A stretch of 64,000 nucleotides of DNA from Bacteroidota bacterium (GCA_031411335.1 JANOAX010000170.1:2306-66305); one strand, 5' to 3'. Shown: positions 38,717 to 49,457, numbered from the stretch's first letter. The notes: generated from the letters alone by a model not told the origin. A program made the numbers and translations.

Positions 38717-38752
38717 TCTTACTCCTTACTCCTTACTCCTTACTCCTTACTT
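38717..38752. repeat. Heptamer microsatellite (CCTTACT) x ~5
   Basis: cttactccttactccttactccttactccttactttgcg inside the 900-bp non-coding region, followed by a ctttgcgactttgcgcc module. Confidence 0.8.
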
Positions 38753-39139
38753 TGCGACTTTGCGCCTTAGCGAGCTATTTTATGAACTTAATTTTGGAAA
38801 TACTAATTATCAAATCGAAAAATAAGTGTCAAATGCTAATTCTTCATTCTAAAGTGACTCAAAGTTTTCACTCTGCCAAATTTTCTCGCGAGGCGCAAAG
38901 TTTTCTTGCAACTAAATCTCTCACAAATGGGACACAAAGAAGGTACGAAGGAACACAGAGAAATTATTTTGGATCCTATTTTATTTGTAATGAGTAAAAG
39001 ACTGTGACCTCTGTGAAAAACTTTGTGTCCTTTGTGTTTAAAGAAAGTATTCAAAAGAAAAGATATATTATGTAATTGGAATCATTAAAAAAGCATAGAG
39101 AAGACGGCATAAAAGGATAGTTTCTAGTTTATAGGATAA

Positions 39140-39176
39140 AAAAAGGCCCCTGAAGATTCAAGAGCCTTGTCCATAA
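39140..39176 (-). terminator. Candidate rho-independent terminator for 39190..42033
   Basis: The minus-strand read aaggctcttgaatcttcaggggcctt forms an imperfect ~7-bp stem and is followed by TTTTTTT, 15-50 nt downstream of the stop. Confidence 0.35.
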
Positions 39177-39189
39177 TCAAATTTTTATG

Positions 39190-42033
39190 TTAATGTTGAA
39201 CGGTAAATTTTGATGTACTTATTTTCCCTTGATGGATGATTTGAATAAAATAAATTCCATTTGCTAAATGCTGTACTGGTATCGCTAAATTTTGTTGATC
39301 CAATAATCCTTTCTTCAAACTACTTCCTTTGGTGTCGATGATATTAAATGAAGTAGATGCATTCGCCGATGCAAATTGAATAGTTAAGTATTCATTCGCA
39401 GGATTTGGATAAATAGAAATAACAACTCCATCAATTTCTTGTAATCCGGTACAAAGATCAATGGTGATCGTATCCGATGCGCTGGCTAAGCAGAAGTTGG
39501 TATCAACATACATATAGGTTACTTCATAACTTCCCGGCGGCAAGGAGGAAGGTTCAAACTGACTTCCGTTCACACCTAAACCAGACCAAAATCCACCGCT
39601 CGGATTTTCTCCAAATAAATCGATGAATGACCAATTGATACAAACTGTAGTATCTAATGTTAACGTTACTAACGGTAATGGATGTACGATAAGATGAGTA
39701 TAGATGGTACTATCGCATCCATTGGATGAAGTAGATAAATCGATGAAGTCACCATCGGCATACTGCCATGTACCTGCTAAGAACAAACTATCGCCTTGAC
39801 AAATTGAAACATCTACCGAGTCATAAGCTGCTGCAAAGTAATCTAACGAAGTATGAACAATACTATCGCATCCTTGTGCACTAATTAATGAATCGGTATA
39901 TAAACCCGCTAACGTCTGCCACGCACCTTCTACAAATAAACTATCACCGAAGCAGATGGAAACTACTAATTGTTCGTCGTACACGGGGTAAAACTGTAAG
40001 CGTGTGGTATAACTACTGTCACAACCATCAAGGGTTGAATATACATTGCTATAATCACCAGGTATCGTTTGCCAAACGGAAAGGATGAATGCACTATCTC
40101 CCGGACAAATATTAACACTATCTAAAAACAGATAGGAAGGATTTACCGTGATGGATTGTGTAGTTATCGCTCCAGTTCCGCATTGATTGCTGGCTTGAAC
40201 AGTGATATTTCCTGAGGTGGCCGAGGCACCTAAAGTTAAAGTAGCAGAAGTGTCACCAGAACTCGTTAAGATTCCATCGGTCCCTGTGAAATTCCAGGTA
40301 TATGTACTCATTCCATCAACTGGAGTAATGGTATAAACTTCGATGCTATTTTGACAAACCGTTGTGTTTCCCGAATTTAAAACGGGTAATGCCGGTGTAT
40401 CTCCAATTTGAAGTACTGCTTCCAATGAAGTATCGGGAGGAGCACAAACTCCAGAAACAATACAACGATATAAATTATTTGACAAAGCGATGGATGGATT
40501 CGTAATGGTTAATGTATCATTATTAAATCCAGTGTAAGGCACTGCATTGGGCACGTTCGTATAACCGGAACCGTTATTGACTTCCCAACGATAACTAATA
40601 GCAGAGCCGTAAGCATTGATGGCAAATGAAGTTGAATTTCCGACGCAAATACTATCTGATACAGGTTCTAACGTAATGGTCGGTGTTCGATCTACCACAA
40701 TAAATACGGAATTAGAAATAGCAGGTGGAGCGCAAGTTCCCGTCACAATACAACGGTAATTGGTAAGATGTAATGAATACGGAGTAGCAGTGATGAGTAA
40801 AGCTGCTCCGGTGGTATTCGAATAAGGTGGCGTATTGGTTAAGTTGATCCAACCCGAACCATTATCGTATTGCCATTGAAAAGTTAATCCCGCACCAACA
40901 GTACTCACGCTGAAAGAAACATTTAATCCTTCGCAAATAGAGCGTGATGGGGTTTGTGCCGTAATAGCAGGTAGACGAATTAAACTAACAGTTGCGGAGT
41001 TACTAATTGCTTGTGGAGGCGCTTGTCCAGAAACAACGCAACGATACACACTTGCATTTAAAATAAAGGGTGCCCCAGTGATGTGAAGTGTATCAGTAGT
41101 GCTTCCACTGAAGGGAACAGTGTCCAATACATTGTTCCAAGTTCCGCTAATGTTTCGCTGCCATTGATAGGAAGTAGCATTGGTTGCCACCACGGAAAGA
41201 TGAATGGTACTCAACTCACATACATTTACTGATATAGGTTGTTGTGTAATTTGTGGAACAGGTAAAGCACATCCAGAAAAAGTGCAAGGAACAGGTAGCT
41301 GAAAATTATTTGGAATAGGAGGAAGAGAAGTAGTATCCAAATTCCAATTCAACCCATCGGTTAAAGCGGTTAATAACGAAAGTGTGTCACCCGTAGTGAT
41401 GGAGCAATTGTATTGAGCATTGTTAGCGCCGGTAGAAAGAGCAAGTCCAAGCGTGGAAAGTGTTGAAGGCAATGTGGATTTAATGGATGTAAGGTCACAA
41501 CTATCTAGAACCAAATCCCAAGTACGATTTATACTAATAGCAGCAATGAATTCGGGAGCACTTATGGTTCCTTGATAAGCGAAAACTTGATCACCATTTC
41601 CGTTGAGACTCACGTACACATTGCTATTATTGAAGGTGCCAAGAATGGGTGTTACCGTTCCCAAATTTGCAGTCAGCGCTTTTCGGCAATTGATGCTTAT
41701 TTGTGTTCCACAATATAAAACTGTTGTGCTATGCCACTGAATAATTCCATCAGAAAGAGCTCCCGTGTTTGCACCACAAGCATTCGGTGTTTGAAAAGTA
41801 TTAGCGTCGGTCCAGCCGAAATCAGTAAAATTGACCACTGTATTTACATCAATGTCTTTTAACAACACAAATGAAATAACATCATCTTGTGTTACGTTGT
41901 TATCATCGACAGTAATGTATCCTGAAAAGGAAATGTCGCCGGCTTGAAGTAGAGTTTGTGCTGAACTATAGGTGGTGCTGAATAAAGTAGTAAGCAATAA
42001 GATGAATTTGGGGAGGAGATTAGTTTTGATCAC
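39190..42033 (-). CDS. Large T9SS cargo protein with Ig-like repeats (adhesin-like)
   Basis: Signal peptide MIKTNLLPKFILLLTTLFSTTYSSAQ. Repeats with a Cys pair and W..QY.NG.G pattern (CVVSG..PP..SN.A.V). C-terminal CTD: ISIYPNPANEYLTIQF...GIYFIQIIHQGKISTSKFTVQH. Confidence 0.55.
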   Translation of the reverse strand: MIKTNLLPKFILLLTTLFSTTYSSAQTLLQAGDISFSGYITVDDNNVTQDDVISFVLLKDIDVNTVVNFTDFGWTDANTFQTPNACGANTGALSDGIIQWHSTTVLYCGTQISINCRKALTANLGTVTPILGTFNNSNVYVSLNGNGDQVFAYQGTISAPEFIAAISINRTWDLVLDSCDLTSIKSTLPSTLSTLGLALSTGANNAQYNCSITTGDTLSLLTALTDGLNWNLDTTSLPPIPNNFQLPVPCTFSGCALPVPQITQQPISVNVCELSTIHLSVVATNATSYQWQRNISGTWNNVLDTVPFSGSTTDTLHITGAPFILNASVYRCVVSGQAPPQAISNSATVSLIRLPAITAQTPSRSICEGLNVSFSVSTVGAGLTFQWQYDNGSGWINLTNTPPYSNTTGAALLITATPYSLHLTNYRCIVTGTCAPPAISNSVFIVVDRTPTITLEPVSDSICVGNSTSFAINAYGSAISYRWEVNNGSGYTNVPNAVPYTGFNNDTLTITNPSIALSNNLYRCIVSGVCAPPDTSLEAVLQIGDTPALPVLNSGNTTVCQNSIEVYTITPVDGMSTYTWNFTGTDGILTSSGDTSATLTLGASATSGNITVQASNQCGTGAITTQSITVNPSYLFLDSVNICPGDSAFILSVWQTIPGDYSNVYSTLDGCDSSYTTRLQFYPVYDEQLVVSICFGDSLFVEGAWQTLAGLYTDSLISAQGCDSIVHTSLDYFAAAYDSVDVSICQGDSLFLAGTWQYADGDFIDLSTSSNGCDSTIYTHLIVHPLPLVTLTLDTTVCINWSFIDLFGENPSGGFWSGLGVNGSQFEPSSLPPGSYEVTYMYVDTNFCLASASDTITIDLCTGLQEIDGVVISIYPNPANEYLTIQFASANASTSFNIIDTKGSSLKKGLLDQQNLAIPVQHLANGIYFIQIIHQGKISTSKFTVQH

Positions 42034-42162
42034 GGATGGTTTTTTATTAAAAATGATTTGATTGGCAAAAATAGTAAAGACTATGTCTTTTTATTTAATT
42101 TTCTCTGAATTAAATCAGAATAAACTTTTGATGACAAAAGAGATTTGCTTAACTTTGATACA

Positions 42163-43245
42163 ATGAACCGCTGCATGTTTATTATCTTACTGATATTTGC
42201 CTCTTTAGAGGGGAAATCGCAGTTTTCAGGTGGGGTTCGATACCTTCCAATGCCGGTGCAGTTTGTGGTGGTGAATGGTGATTTTGATCAGACCACCGTG
42301 TATTTGCGTCGAGGCGGCGAAACGGTAGGCGCCTTTAAAGGGCAGAAGAAAATGAATATGCGGCTCGAATACAATTCCGAATATCAACTGGATTTTACGA
42401 AGCCCGGATATATCACCAAATCCATTCATGTAAATACTACGGTTCCTGAAGAGCGTAGAAAGTACGGATTTGATTCCTACAAAATTGGTGTTCGACTGTT
42501 TAAACAGTATGAAGGAGTGAACATTGTAATTTATAATCAACCCGTAGCTTCTATCAAATATTTGCCTGAGTTGGATGAAATTGGTTACGATACGGATTAC
42601 ACCCGCTCCATTTTATCATTGCTCACCCAAACAGAAGAAATTCTAGAGCAAAAAGCGAAGGAAGAAGTGTTAGAGCAAAAAGCAAAAGAGAAGGAAAAGA
42701 AATTAGTTAAACCAGCTCCAACTGAAATTGCTGTTGCACCTCCAGCCCCTCCTCAAGAGAAAAAAGTAGAAACAGTTGAGCCGCCAAAACCAACACCGCC
42801 TGCTGCAAAAATTAATGAAGTGGATTCATTCCAACAAATGGTAAACACATTGCCTGTGAATGTTGGTGATGATCCAAATCCAAAAAACAAACCTGCTGTT
42901 GGTAGTGATCCAACAATTGGAATTGATGTGCAAGCTGGAACCGAAAAAATGCAACCAGGCAAAGGAGAAGATGGAAATGATTTTTGGAAAGTAGAAAAAC
43001 CGGTGAGTACAGGTGTGGAGCCAAAACCAATTATTCTTCTAACTCCCGACACCATTAGCAGAACCGTTGAAAGAATAGTTGAACCCAATCGTGTAATTAC
43101 TTTGTTACGTGTAAAGGAAGGTGATCAAATAAAAGAGTACCGATCTGTCACTTACTCTTGGGGTGGAAAATATTTTTTTATGGATAAAAATTATTCGATA
43201 TCGGAGCAGCTTTTTAATTATTTGATAAATAGTGGGGCTAAATAA
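42163..43245 (+). CDS. Hypothetical secreted protein with central Pro/Lys/Glu-rich low-complexity region
   Basis: Signal peptide MNRCMFIILLIFASLEG. The internal repeat EQKAKEEVLEQKAKEKEKK is followed by PAPTEIAVAPPAPPQEKKVETVEPPKPTPPAAK. No recognisable domain. Confidence 0.4.
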   Translation: MNRCMFIILLIFASLEGKSQFSGGVRYLPMPVQFVVVNGDFDQTTVYLRRGGETVGAFKGQKKMNMRLEYNSEYQLDFTKPGYITKSIHVNTTVPEERRKYGFDSYKIGVRLFKQYEGVNIVIYNQPVASIKYLPELDEIGYDTDYTRSILSLLTQTEEILEQKAKEEVLEQKAKEKEKKLVKPAPTEIAVAPPAPPQEKKVETVEPPKPTPPAAKINEVDSFQQMVNTLPVNVGDDPNPKNKPAVGSDPTIGIDVQAGTEKMQPGKGEDGNDFWKVEKPVSTGVEPKPIILLTPDTISRTVERIVEPNRVITLLRVKEGDQIKEYRSVTYSWGGKYFFMDKNYSISEQLFNYLINSGAK

Positions 43246-43254
43246 TTTGTGGTA

Positions 43255-43420
43255 GGTTACGAACTTACGAAGACGCGAAATGCGAATGAACACGATCCCG
43301 ATAGCTATCGGGAGCGAAATATGTTTTCCGAGAGGTTTTAAAATTCTAGCTCTTATATTATTTGCAGCTTAACCGCTAGGAACGCAAGGAAGGCGCAAGG
43401 GGCGCAGGGAATCCGTGTAA
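43255..43420. repeat. Intergenic repeat module with the 16-bp palindrome CCCGATAGCTATCGGG and stuttering GCGCAAGG words
   Basis: ttacgaacttacgaagacgcgaaatgcgaatgaacacgatCCCGATAGCTATCGGG (43297-43312) ... gctaggaacgcaaggaaggcgcaaggggcgcaggg. Confidence 0.75.
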
Positions 43421-43525
43421 ATCATATTTATCCGAGTTATCCGCGTTCTATTGATAGAACTACATGCTTCGATAAATTATCATAAAAAATCATCAACATC
43501 ATAATAAATCAGTGTTCCATCAAAA

Positions 43526-44194
43526 TCACTTCATCACAATCTTACTTCTTCCTTTCTTAATTTTATTCGTACTGTAAATAATCACAGGCGTTAAAATTAC
43601 CGTGGGCGCTAACCACGCAATAAAACTTGGATTGGTTTGTACATTTTGTACGAGGAACGCCGTTAAAGTTGCGATGTATCCACCCATCATTCCAACTATA
43701 TGCTTTAATAACCAATGATTTTTTTCAGTAGGCGGAATGGTAAATCGCTTATAATCTTGTTTCACTCCCGACAACATCACCCATCCAAAAACAAAAGGCA
43801 CTAATCCAAATGAATTGCTTTTACTAAAATACATCCAAACACCCATCGCAATAAGTCCAATGCCTGCAATCAATGAAATAATTAAAATGATCCAATCTAT
43901 TTTCTCCGCTTTTTGTCCGCGGTGCAACATCTTTAATTTTAATGCACGATATCCCGTCAATACTAAGTAACAACTAAAAATACCGACCATAAATAGAAAC
44001 CAATTTTCTCGAACAATGGAAAGAATGATGGAACTCACAAAAATGAACATCATCGAGTAGAAATAAATGATTCCACTTTTGCGATGTAGCTTTCCACCAT
44101 CTTGATTAAACATAGCGATCGGACCTGCTACTAATGCTAATCCGCCAGCTACTATATGCGTGTAAAGAATTCCAGTAAAGAGTTGCTCGTTCAT
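43526..44194 (-). CDS. Hypothetical polytopic membrane protein
   Basis: 5-6 predicted TM helices (LFTGILYTHIVAGGLALVAGPIAMF...). Start placed at the MNEQLF ATG. No recognisable family. Confidence 0.4.
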   Translation of the reverse strand: MNEQLFTGILYTHIVAGGLALVAGPIAMFNQDGGKLHRKSGIIYFYSMMFIFVSSIILSIVRENWFLFMVGIFSCYLVLTGYRALKLKMLHRGQKAEKIDWIILIISLIAGIGLIAMGVWMYFSKSNSFGLVPFVFGWVMLSGVKQDYKRFTIPPTEKNHWLLKHIVGMMGGYIATLTAFLVQNVQTNPSFIAWLAPTVILTPVIIYSTNKIKKGRSKIVMK

Positions 44195-44380
44195 AATTTT
44201 TCGATTTTGTTTGACAAAGAAAGTCGTTGTACAAGCCATATCAAATTAATAGGGGTAAATAACAAAATTTGGGATGGAAATCAAGGGTTGGGATGAATGG
44301 GGAGGGAGATGGGATGAAAAATTCAATTGTTTTATAATATTTCAAATTTATTTCTGTAATATTGACTTTGATTTATCTCT

Positions 44381-45784
44381 ATGCGTAAACTATTTTTTCT
44401 GCTTTTTCTTTGCTTCTGCTCTCCAGCAAGAGCTCAAAATACTTTTGAAAAGGTGATAGATACTTTGGGATGCGTTTCAGCATTGTGTATTCAGGAAACA
44501 TTTGATGGTGGATATATTTTTGGCGGAACAAGTTCATTAAATGGTAACGATGTTATGGTAGTTAAACTGGATTCCATCGGAACTATTGAATGGGCGAAAA
44601 CATATTTTGGAGCAGGCGCAGAGGGTGTTATGTATTTAGAGCAAACACCCGATAGTGGTTATATGATAAATGTTGTAGATGTTACAAATGCCAAAACCTG
44701 TCTTTATCGACTTAATAGTATTGGCGATACCCTTTGGACAAAATCGTATTCTGCGGGTGTTGGCTCAACTAATGTAGTTTTCCCAAATAGCATGGCTTCA
44801 GTTTATAATAACAATCTTTATGGGCTTATAGGATATTATTCCAACGGAGGTATACTTTCCACTTTTTTTATGGCTGTTTTAAGTAATGGTACAATATTAT
44901 CAACTAAAGTTTACAATACTGGCATGTTAGGAAATGGTTCTCGAGCTCTTGATAATACTTTTGATGGCGGCTTTATTATGACAGGTACAATAAGTGCTAT
45001 TTCTTCAGGCAGCAATATTTATTTAATCAGAACCAATACTTATGGTGATACATTATGGACAAGACATTACGATAAATCACAAACAGATGCTGGGCAAGCA
45101 GTAATACAAACTATCGATAGTGGCTTTGCTATTGCTGCTTATGTTTATAATGGTCAATATAACGACATATATCTTATTAAAACAGATTCTATAGGCGATA
45201 CCCTTTGGACGAAAACTTATAATTTTTATTCAGATCAATTCCCGAATACAATACAACAAACTACGGATGGAGGGTATATTATAGTAGGAAGTGTTATGGA
45301 TGTTTCATTGGGAGCAAGAAAAGTTTATTTGATAAGAACAAATTTAACTGGTGATACTTTGTGGACTAGAAATTATGGCGGAGTTCCATGGACAAGTTAT
45401 GGATATTTCGTTCGGCAGACAATAGATGGAGGTTTCATAATTTCTGGTTCAACAGGAAATTTTGGTACCGGTACTTATATTATCAAAACTGACAGTATGG
45501 GAAATGTTTCTATGCCCACTGGAATAGCTGAATCAAATACTCAAGCGGACTTTTTAGTTTATCCAAATCCTTCTAATGGGAACTTTACTATACAAATTGA
45601 TAATATCCAATTTAAAACCACAGAAATCGAAATTTACAATATAATAAGCGAAAGCGTATTTAATTGCCAAGTGAATAATAAAACTGAAAACATAAATTTA
45701 ACCCATCTTCAAAACGGACTTTACTTTGTAGTACTTCGACAAAAGGATAAGATCGTATCTAAGAAAATTTTAATAAATAAGTAG
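44381..45784 (+). CDS. T9SS cargo protein with beta-propeller-type repeats (GDTLWT.xY)
   Basis: Signal peptide MRKLFFLLFLCFCSPARAQ. About 7 repeats of the form ..GG(Y/F)I..G.......D.(Y/M)L(I/V)(K/R)(T/L)(D/N)..GDTLWT(K/R).Y. C-terminal CTD: FLVYPNPSNGNFTIQI...GLYFVVLRQKDKIVSKKILINK. Confidence 0.55.
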   Translation: MRKLFFLLFLCFCSPARAQNTFEKVIDTLGCVSALCIQETFDGGYIFGGTSSLNGNDVMVVKLDSIGTIEWAKTYFGAGAEGVMYLEQTPDSGYMINVVDVTNAKTCLYRLNSIGDTLWTKSYSAGVGSTNVVFPNSMASVYNNNLYGLIGYYSNGGILSTFFMAVLSNGTILSTKVYNTGMLGNGSRALDNTFDGGFIMTGTISAISSGSNIYLIRTNTYGDTLWTRHYDKSQTDAGQAVIQTIDSGFAIAAYVYNGQYNDIYLIKTDSIGDTLWTKTYNFYSDQFPNTIQQTTDGGYIIVGSVMDVSLGARKVYLIRTNLTGDTLWTRNYGGVPWTSYGYFVRQTIDGGFIISGSTGNFGTGTYIIKTDSMGNVSMPTGIAESNTQADFLVYPNPSNGNFTIQIDNIQFKTTEIEIYNIISESVFNCQVNNKTENINLTHLQNGLYFVVLRQKDKIVSKKILINK

Positions 45785-45880
45785 CCTAGATTTTATAGAT
45801 GTACAATTGTTCATTGATTGTAGGCAACATGAACATATCAATAGGGAAAATTGCAGTTAAGAAATAGATAGTAATGCTGC

Positions 45881-46756
45881 TTACTTCGACAACCGACTAT
45901 CAATATCTTCATTCAAATTTCGTGAAACAGGAATAACGGTATCCGAGCTGTCCAATACTAAACGATAGCCTTGTGAATTTCCTGATACGGAAATAACACG
46001 ATCTAGATTTACAATCCATGCGCGGTGACAACGGTAAAAAGCAGTGTAGGTTCTTAAGTCTTCTTTAGCATTTTTTAAAGTGCTGCGAAGTAATTTATGT
46101 GCTTCTTTTCCTTGCTCTAAATAGGTTACGGAAATATAATTGTCGGCAGAAGTGATGTACAATAAACTCTTCGCGGGGATTTGCAATTCTTCATTTTTAT
46201 TGTCTGACTTTAAAGTCACCATCGCATCGGGCGCCGACTCCAACCTTTTTTTATGATGCATGTGTTTGCTGATCTCCTCAGCGCTCTTTGCATTCCGATG
46301 GTTAAGTAAGGATTGCATCACCATCACATTGATAGAAACAGGAAGTATGGCCACCAAAATCGTGAATGCTTGAAACATGGCAACGTACTCAACCGATAAA
46401 GTATCGGTAAAAACAAAGCCCGAGTAAAATGCGTTGGCGAGTCCGATGGTGAATATAATCCACATGATAAATAAAATCTCTCTCCTTACTGACCATCCAC
46501 TTTCACGAAAGAACTTTGGGAAAAGTTTCGTTAACAAAAACACATTCAGCAAAACCATGATGCATGTAACAATTCCATACCCTGCTGTAATTTGTAAAGC
46601 AAACAAATTCTCGAATCGATATAAATTAAAGGGACGGAAAATAAATAGAAAAACAAACACAAGGAACCCTGAAAATAACGCCGATTTAACTCTACGCGAA
46701 GAACTCTCGTAATAAGGGAAGGGTTTATCGAAGAGGGCTTTCAACATAACGAACAA
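45881..46756 (-). CDS. Membrane-anchored LytTR-domain DNA-binding protein
   Basis: 4 N-terminal TM helices, then a C-terminal LytTR domain (LLYITSADNYISVTYLE...FYRCHRAWIVNLDRVISVSGNS.GYRLVL). No receiver or kinase domain. Confidence 0.65.
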   Translation of the reverse strand: MFVMLKALFDKPFPYYESSSRRVKSALFSGFLVFVFLFIFRPFNLYRFENLFALQITAGYGIVTCIMVLLNVFLLTKLFPKFFRESGWSVRREILFIMWIIFTIGLANAFYSGFVFTDTLSVEYVAMFQAFTILVAILPVSINVMVMQSLLNHRNAKSAEEISKHMHHKKRLESAPDAMVTLKSDNKNEELQIPAKSLLYITSADNYISVTYLEQGKEAHKLLRSTLKNAKEDLRTYTAFYRCHRAWIVNLDRVISVSGNSQGYRLVLDSSDTVIPVSRNLNEDIDSRLSK

Positions 46757-46772
46757 CGTTCAATCAAAATTT

Positions 46773-49457
46773 CTACTGCAAGTACTTTTCTTGAAAAAAT
46801 TGACTGTAATTTTTGATGTCTTTCGTGCGTGTAAGCTCCGACAAGTTTTGTTGGGAGATCACATAATATTGAACTTGCTGCGGATCGAATTGGTTTACCA
46901 AATTTTCTTCGGAAACAATACTTTCGTAATAGGCCATCGCATCATCCTTATTGGGGAATGACATCACCGCAATATATTGTATGTTTAAATCAATATTTCC
47001 ATTATTCACAGTAAGCGGAAGATTTGAAAAATCCCTCGAGTTGAATGCTTTTATTTTTGTAATGAGTTCTGCCGATTGTATCAAACCTTTGGGAGATAAA
47101 ATCACAAAGAAATGCGTGGCATCTACATCATGAATATATTTTGCAGATGCCGCAAAAGGATCTTTCAAATTATTGGTATCAACCGCTGCGGTATCAAGTG
47201 TAGTTTTTTGAATGTTGTTTCCTTGAATGTAATCTAAAATTTCTTTTGCTTTAATACTCACCGAATCTTTTGGGTAACGACGAATCACATCTTCCAACTC
47301 AAATTGAAAATCATTCAGTGTTCTCGTTTTCCCAACGGCTAATGCTTTTAAGAAGGAGAACTTTGGCGACAAGGGATTGTTCACAGGGAAACTCTCATCT
47401 GCATATTGCTTTCGCTCAATCACCAAAGCATATTGACGATTCAAATAAGCGCGGTATGTGTTTTCGTAAAACACTTCAATCACCTCCGACTTCCGTTTCA
47501 TCTCTAAATAAAAATTCGGATTTAATATTAATCGTGCATAATCCGACTCTGGTGCATTGGCTAAAATGTAATTTTTATACACATTCGCTTTCACCGAATC
47601 TTTCATTGCGCTGTACGAGCGGTACAAATTGTAGTAAGAAGGTAATTTAAATTTATTATTCGGGAAACGTTGATCTAAGGTTTCAAAACTCTTATTGCTC
47701 TCGGGAATATTAGTTAATTGCTCTTTGTAAATAATTCCACAATTATAATAGGCTTCAATAATTTTTGAATTGGATGCTTCAATCTGCGCTGATGAATTCG
47801 GAATTTGTCCGAGGTAAGCTTCTTTTCTGGATTTAGAATCCAACTTAGCAATGGAATCATTAATGGCTTGCTGATTGTTCACTGTACTATCTACAGTCAC
47901 GGTTTCTACTACTTCACCAATCACTAAATCTTTATCACTTCTTCTCCAGTTATCTTCTAATTTACGAGTGCCCCATCGTTTCAAAAATTCACTCAGTCCG
48001 AAACTAATAGCAGATGGATTATAAAAATACCAAGCGCCTGCTGTTGCTGAAGCTGGTGTAGTTAATGATCGCGGCTGACTCTTTAACGTTTTCTCCTCTA
48101 GAATTTCCTGCTCTTCGATGCGTTGCTCATTTTCTTTTTCAATCTTCTGACGCTCCTTTTCAGCATCTTCCGCTTCTACAATTTTTCCAATGATTTCAGC
48201 ACGTTGCTCTGGCGACAAGGAAGCTAATTGTTGTAAGCTGTCCTCGTTGATGATGATTTTTAAATTTTTAACAAGTCGATCTAAGCTATTTCTCTTCGCT
48301 TGAATATCGGCATACTCTGGATGATCATTTGTTAAATTCGTTAAGCAACTATCGTAGTAAGCCGCTGCGGGCATATAACTCGGTTGCGCTAAATAAATAT
48401 TGGCCAACTCTAAATAACTCACCGCTTTTTGAGTGGTATTGCTTGTCGATGCTTGCACCGATTTATTCAATAACTCAATTGCCAAAGGTTCATCCTGTTC
48501 TTGTTTTGCAACACCTGCTAAAGCGTAATAAATTTGATCGCGATATTCTTTGTTCTTCTCATCTTTCAGCATTTTTTGCAACTCCTTTTTCACGAGTGCC
48601 GATTTTCCACTACCAGCATCAAAACAACGCGCTCGATTTATACGTGCGTTGAAAGCCATTTCATAAGGTGGATTTAACTTAATCACATTTTGATAAGCTA
48701 AGAAAGCTTGAGGTAATGAATCTGCTTTTTGTTGTAGCTGTCCTAAAATAAAATAATAGCGTGCTCTGTCGTCTTTCTTCTTCGAACTCGCAGCTGCCAT
48801 CTTCAAGGCTTCTGCACCTCGAAATACATCATTTCTTTGCAAATGGTATTGTGCTAAAACCGCATGATAATATCCTGTAAGCTTCACGGATAATTTTTTA
48901 TCGGCTTTTAAATAATCGAGCAAATATTCTGCATCGGTCATCTTTCCTAACTCTAAATAAGAGCGAGTTAACCAGATCAACGCCTCTGGTCGAATTTCAT
49001 CATCCTGATATTCTGAGCTGATATATTGAAAGGTCTCAATAGCTGTCCAAAAATCATGTTTGTAAAATTGACTTTGCCCAATCACCATGTAACATTCCGG
49101 AATCCATCGATTATGTTCCTTGATCGCACGATCTTTCTTTCCTTTTACATAGATGGAATGACGGGTAATTGAAATGGAAACTTTTTTTATGGCTTCGTCA
49201 AAATCAGGAAAAACGGCTTTTGCTTTGTTGAGATCTCCAATCTTAAAAATGGAAAGGACACGGTCATACTTATCTTCATGTGCCTCCGCTAAAGTAGCAG
49301 CACCTTGCTTCAAGCGTTCACGACCATTGAAATAGAAGTTGTAGTGAGTAGTAGTGCCATGGTAGGCACGACTGATAATATTATTTTTCTTCACACTACA
49401 TCCTCCTAAAAGAACGATCGTAAGGAGAATAAGAAGATTAAAGCGCAAACTTTTCAC
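46773..49457 (-). CDS. Large TPR-repeat lipoprotein, possibly SprE/PorW-like T9SS-associated protein
   Basis: Lipoprotein signal LLTIVLLGGCS. Multiple TPR-like helical repeats, a central EEQ-rich coiled-coil, then the motif AWYFYNPSAISFGLSEFLKRWGTRKLEDNWRRS. Size (894 aa) and architecture fit the SprE/PorW family. The family link is from memory only. Confidence 0.4.
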   Translation of the reverse strand: MKSLRFNLLILLTIVLLGGCSVKKNNIISRAYHGTTTHYNFYFNGRERLKQGAATLAEAHEDKYDRVLSIFKIGDLNKAKAVFPDFDEAIKKVSISITRHSIYVKGKKDRAIKEHNRWIPECYMVIGQSQFYKHDFWTAIETFQYISSEYQDDEIRPEALIWLTRSYLELGKMTDAEYLLDYLKADKKLSVKLTGYYHAVLAQYHLQRNDVFRGAEALKMAAASSKKKDDRARYYFILGQLQQKADSLPQAFLAYQNVIKLNPPYEMAFNARINRARCFDAGSGKSALVKKELQKMLKDEKNKEYRDQIYYALAGVAKQEQDEPLAIELLNKSVQASTSNTTQKAVSYLELANIYLAQPSYMPAAAYYDSCLTNLTNDHPEYADIQAKRNSLDRLVKNLKIIINEDSLQQLASLSPEQRAEIIGKIVEAEDAEKERQKIEKENEQRIEEQEILEEKTLKSQPRSLTTPASATAGAWYFYNPSAISFGLSEFLKRWGTRKLEDNWRRSDKDLVIGEVVETVTVDSTVNNQQAINDSIAKLDSKSRKEAYLGQIPNSSAQIEASNSKIIEAYYNCGIIYKEQLTNIPESNKSFETLDQRFPNNKFKLPSYYNLYRSYSAMKDSVKANVYKNYILANAPESDYARLILNPNFYLEMKRKSEVIEVFYENTYRAYLNRQYALVIERKQYADESFPVNNPLSPKFSFLKALAVGKTRTLNDFQFELEDVIRRYPKDSVSIKAKEILDYIQGNNIQKTTLDTAAVDTNNLKDPFAASAKYIHDVDATHFFVILSPKGLIQSAELITKIKAFNSRDFSNLPLTVNNGNIDLNIQYIAVMSFPNKDDAMAYYESIVSEENLVNQFDPQQVQYYVISQQNLSELTRTKDIKNYSQFFQEKYLQ

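Noticed and set aside
38611-38997. 128-aa ORF in the long non-coding region upstream of the PPase
   Set aside because: It reads through the CCTTACT microsatellite (…LLLTPYSLLLTL…), has no signal, domain or start context, and looks spurious.
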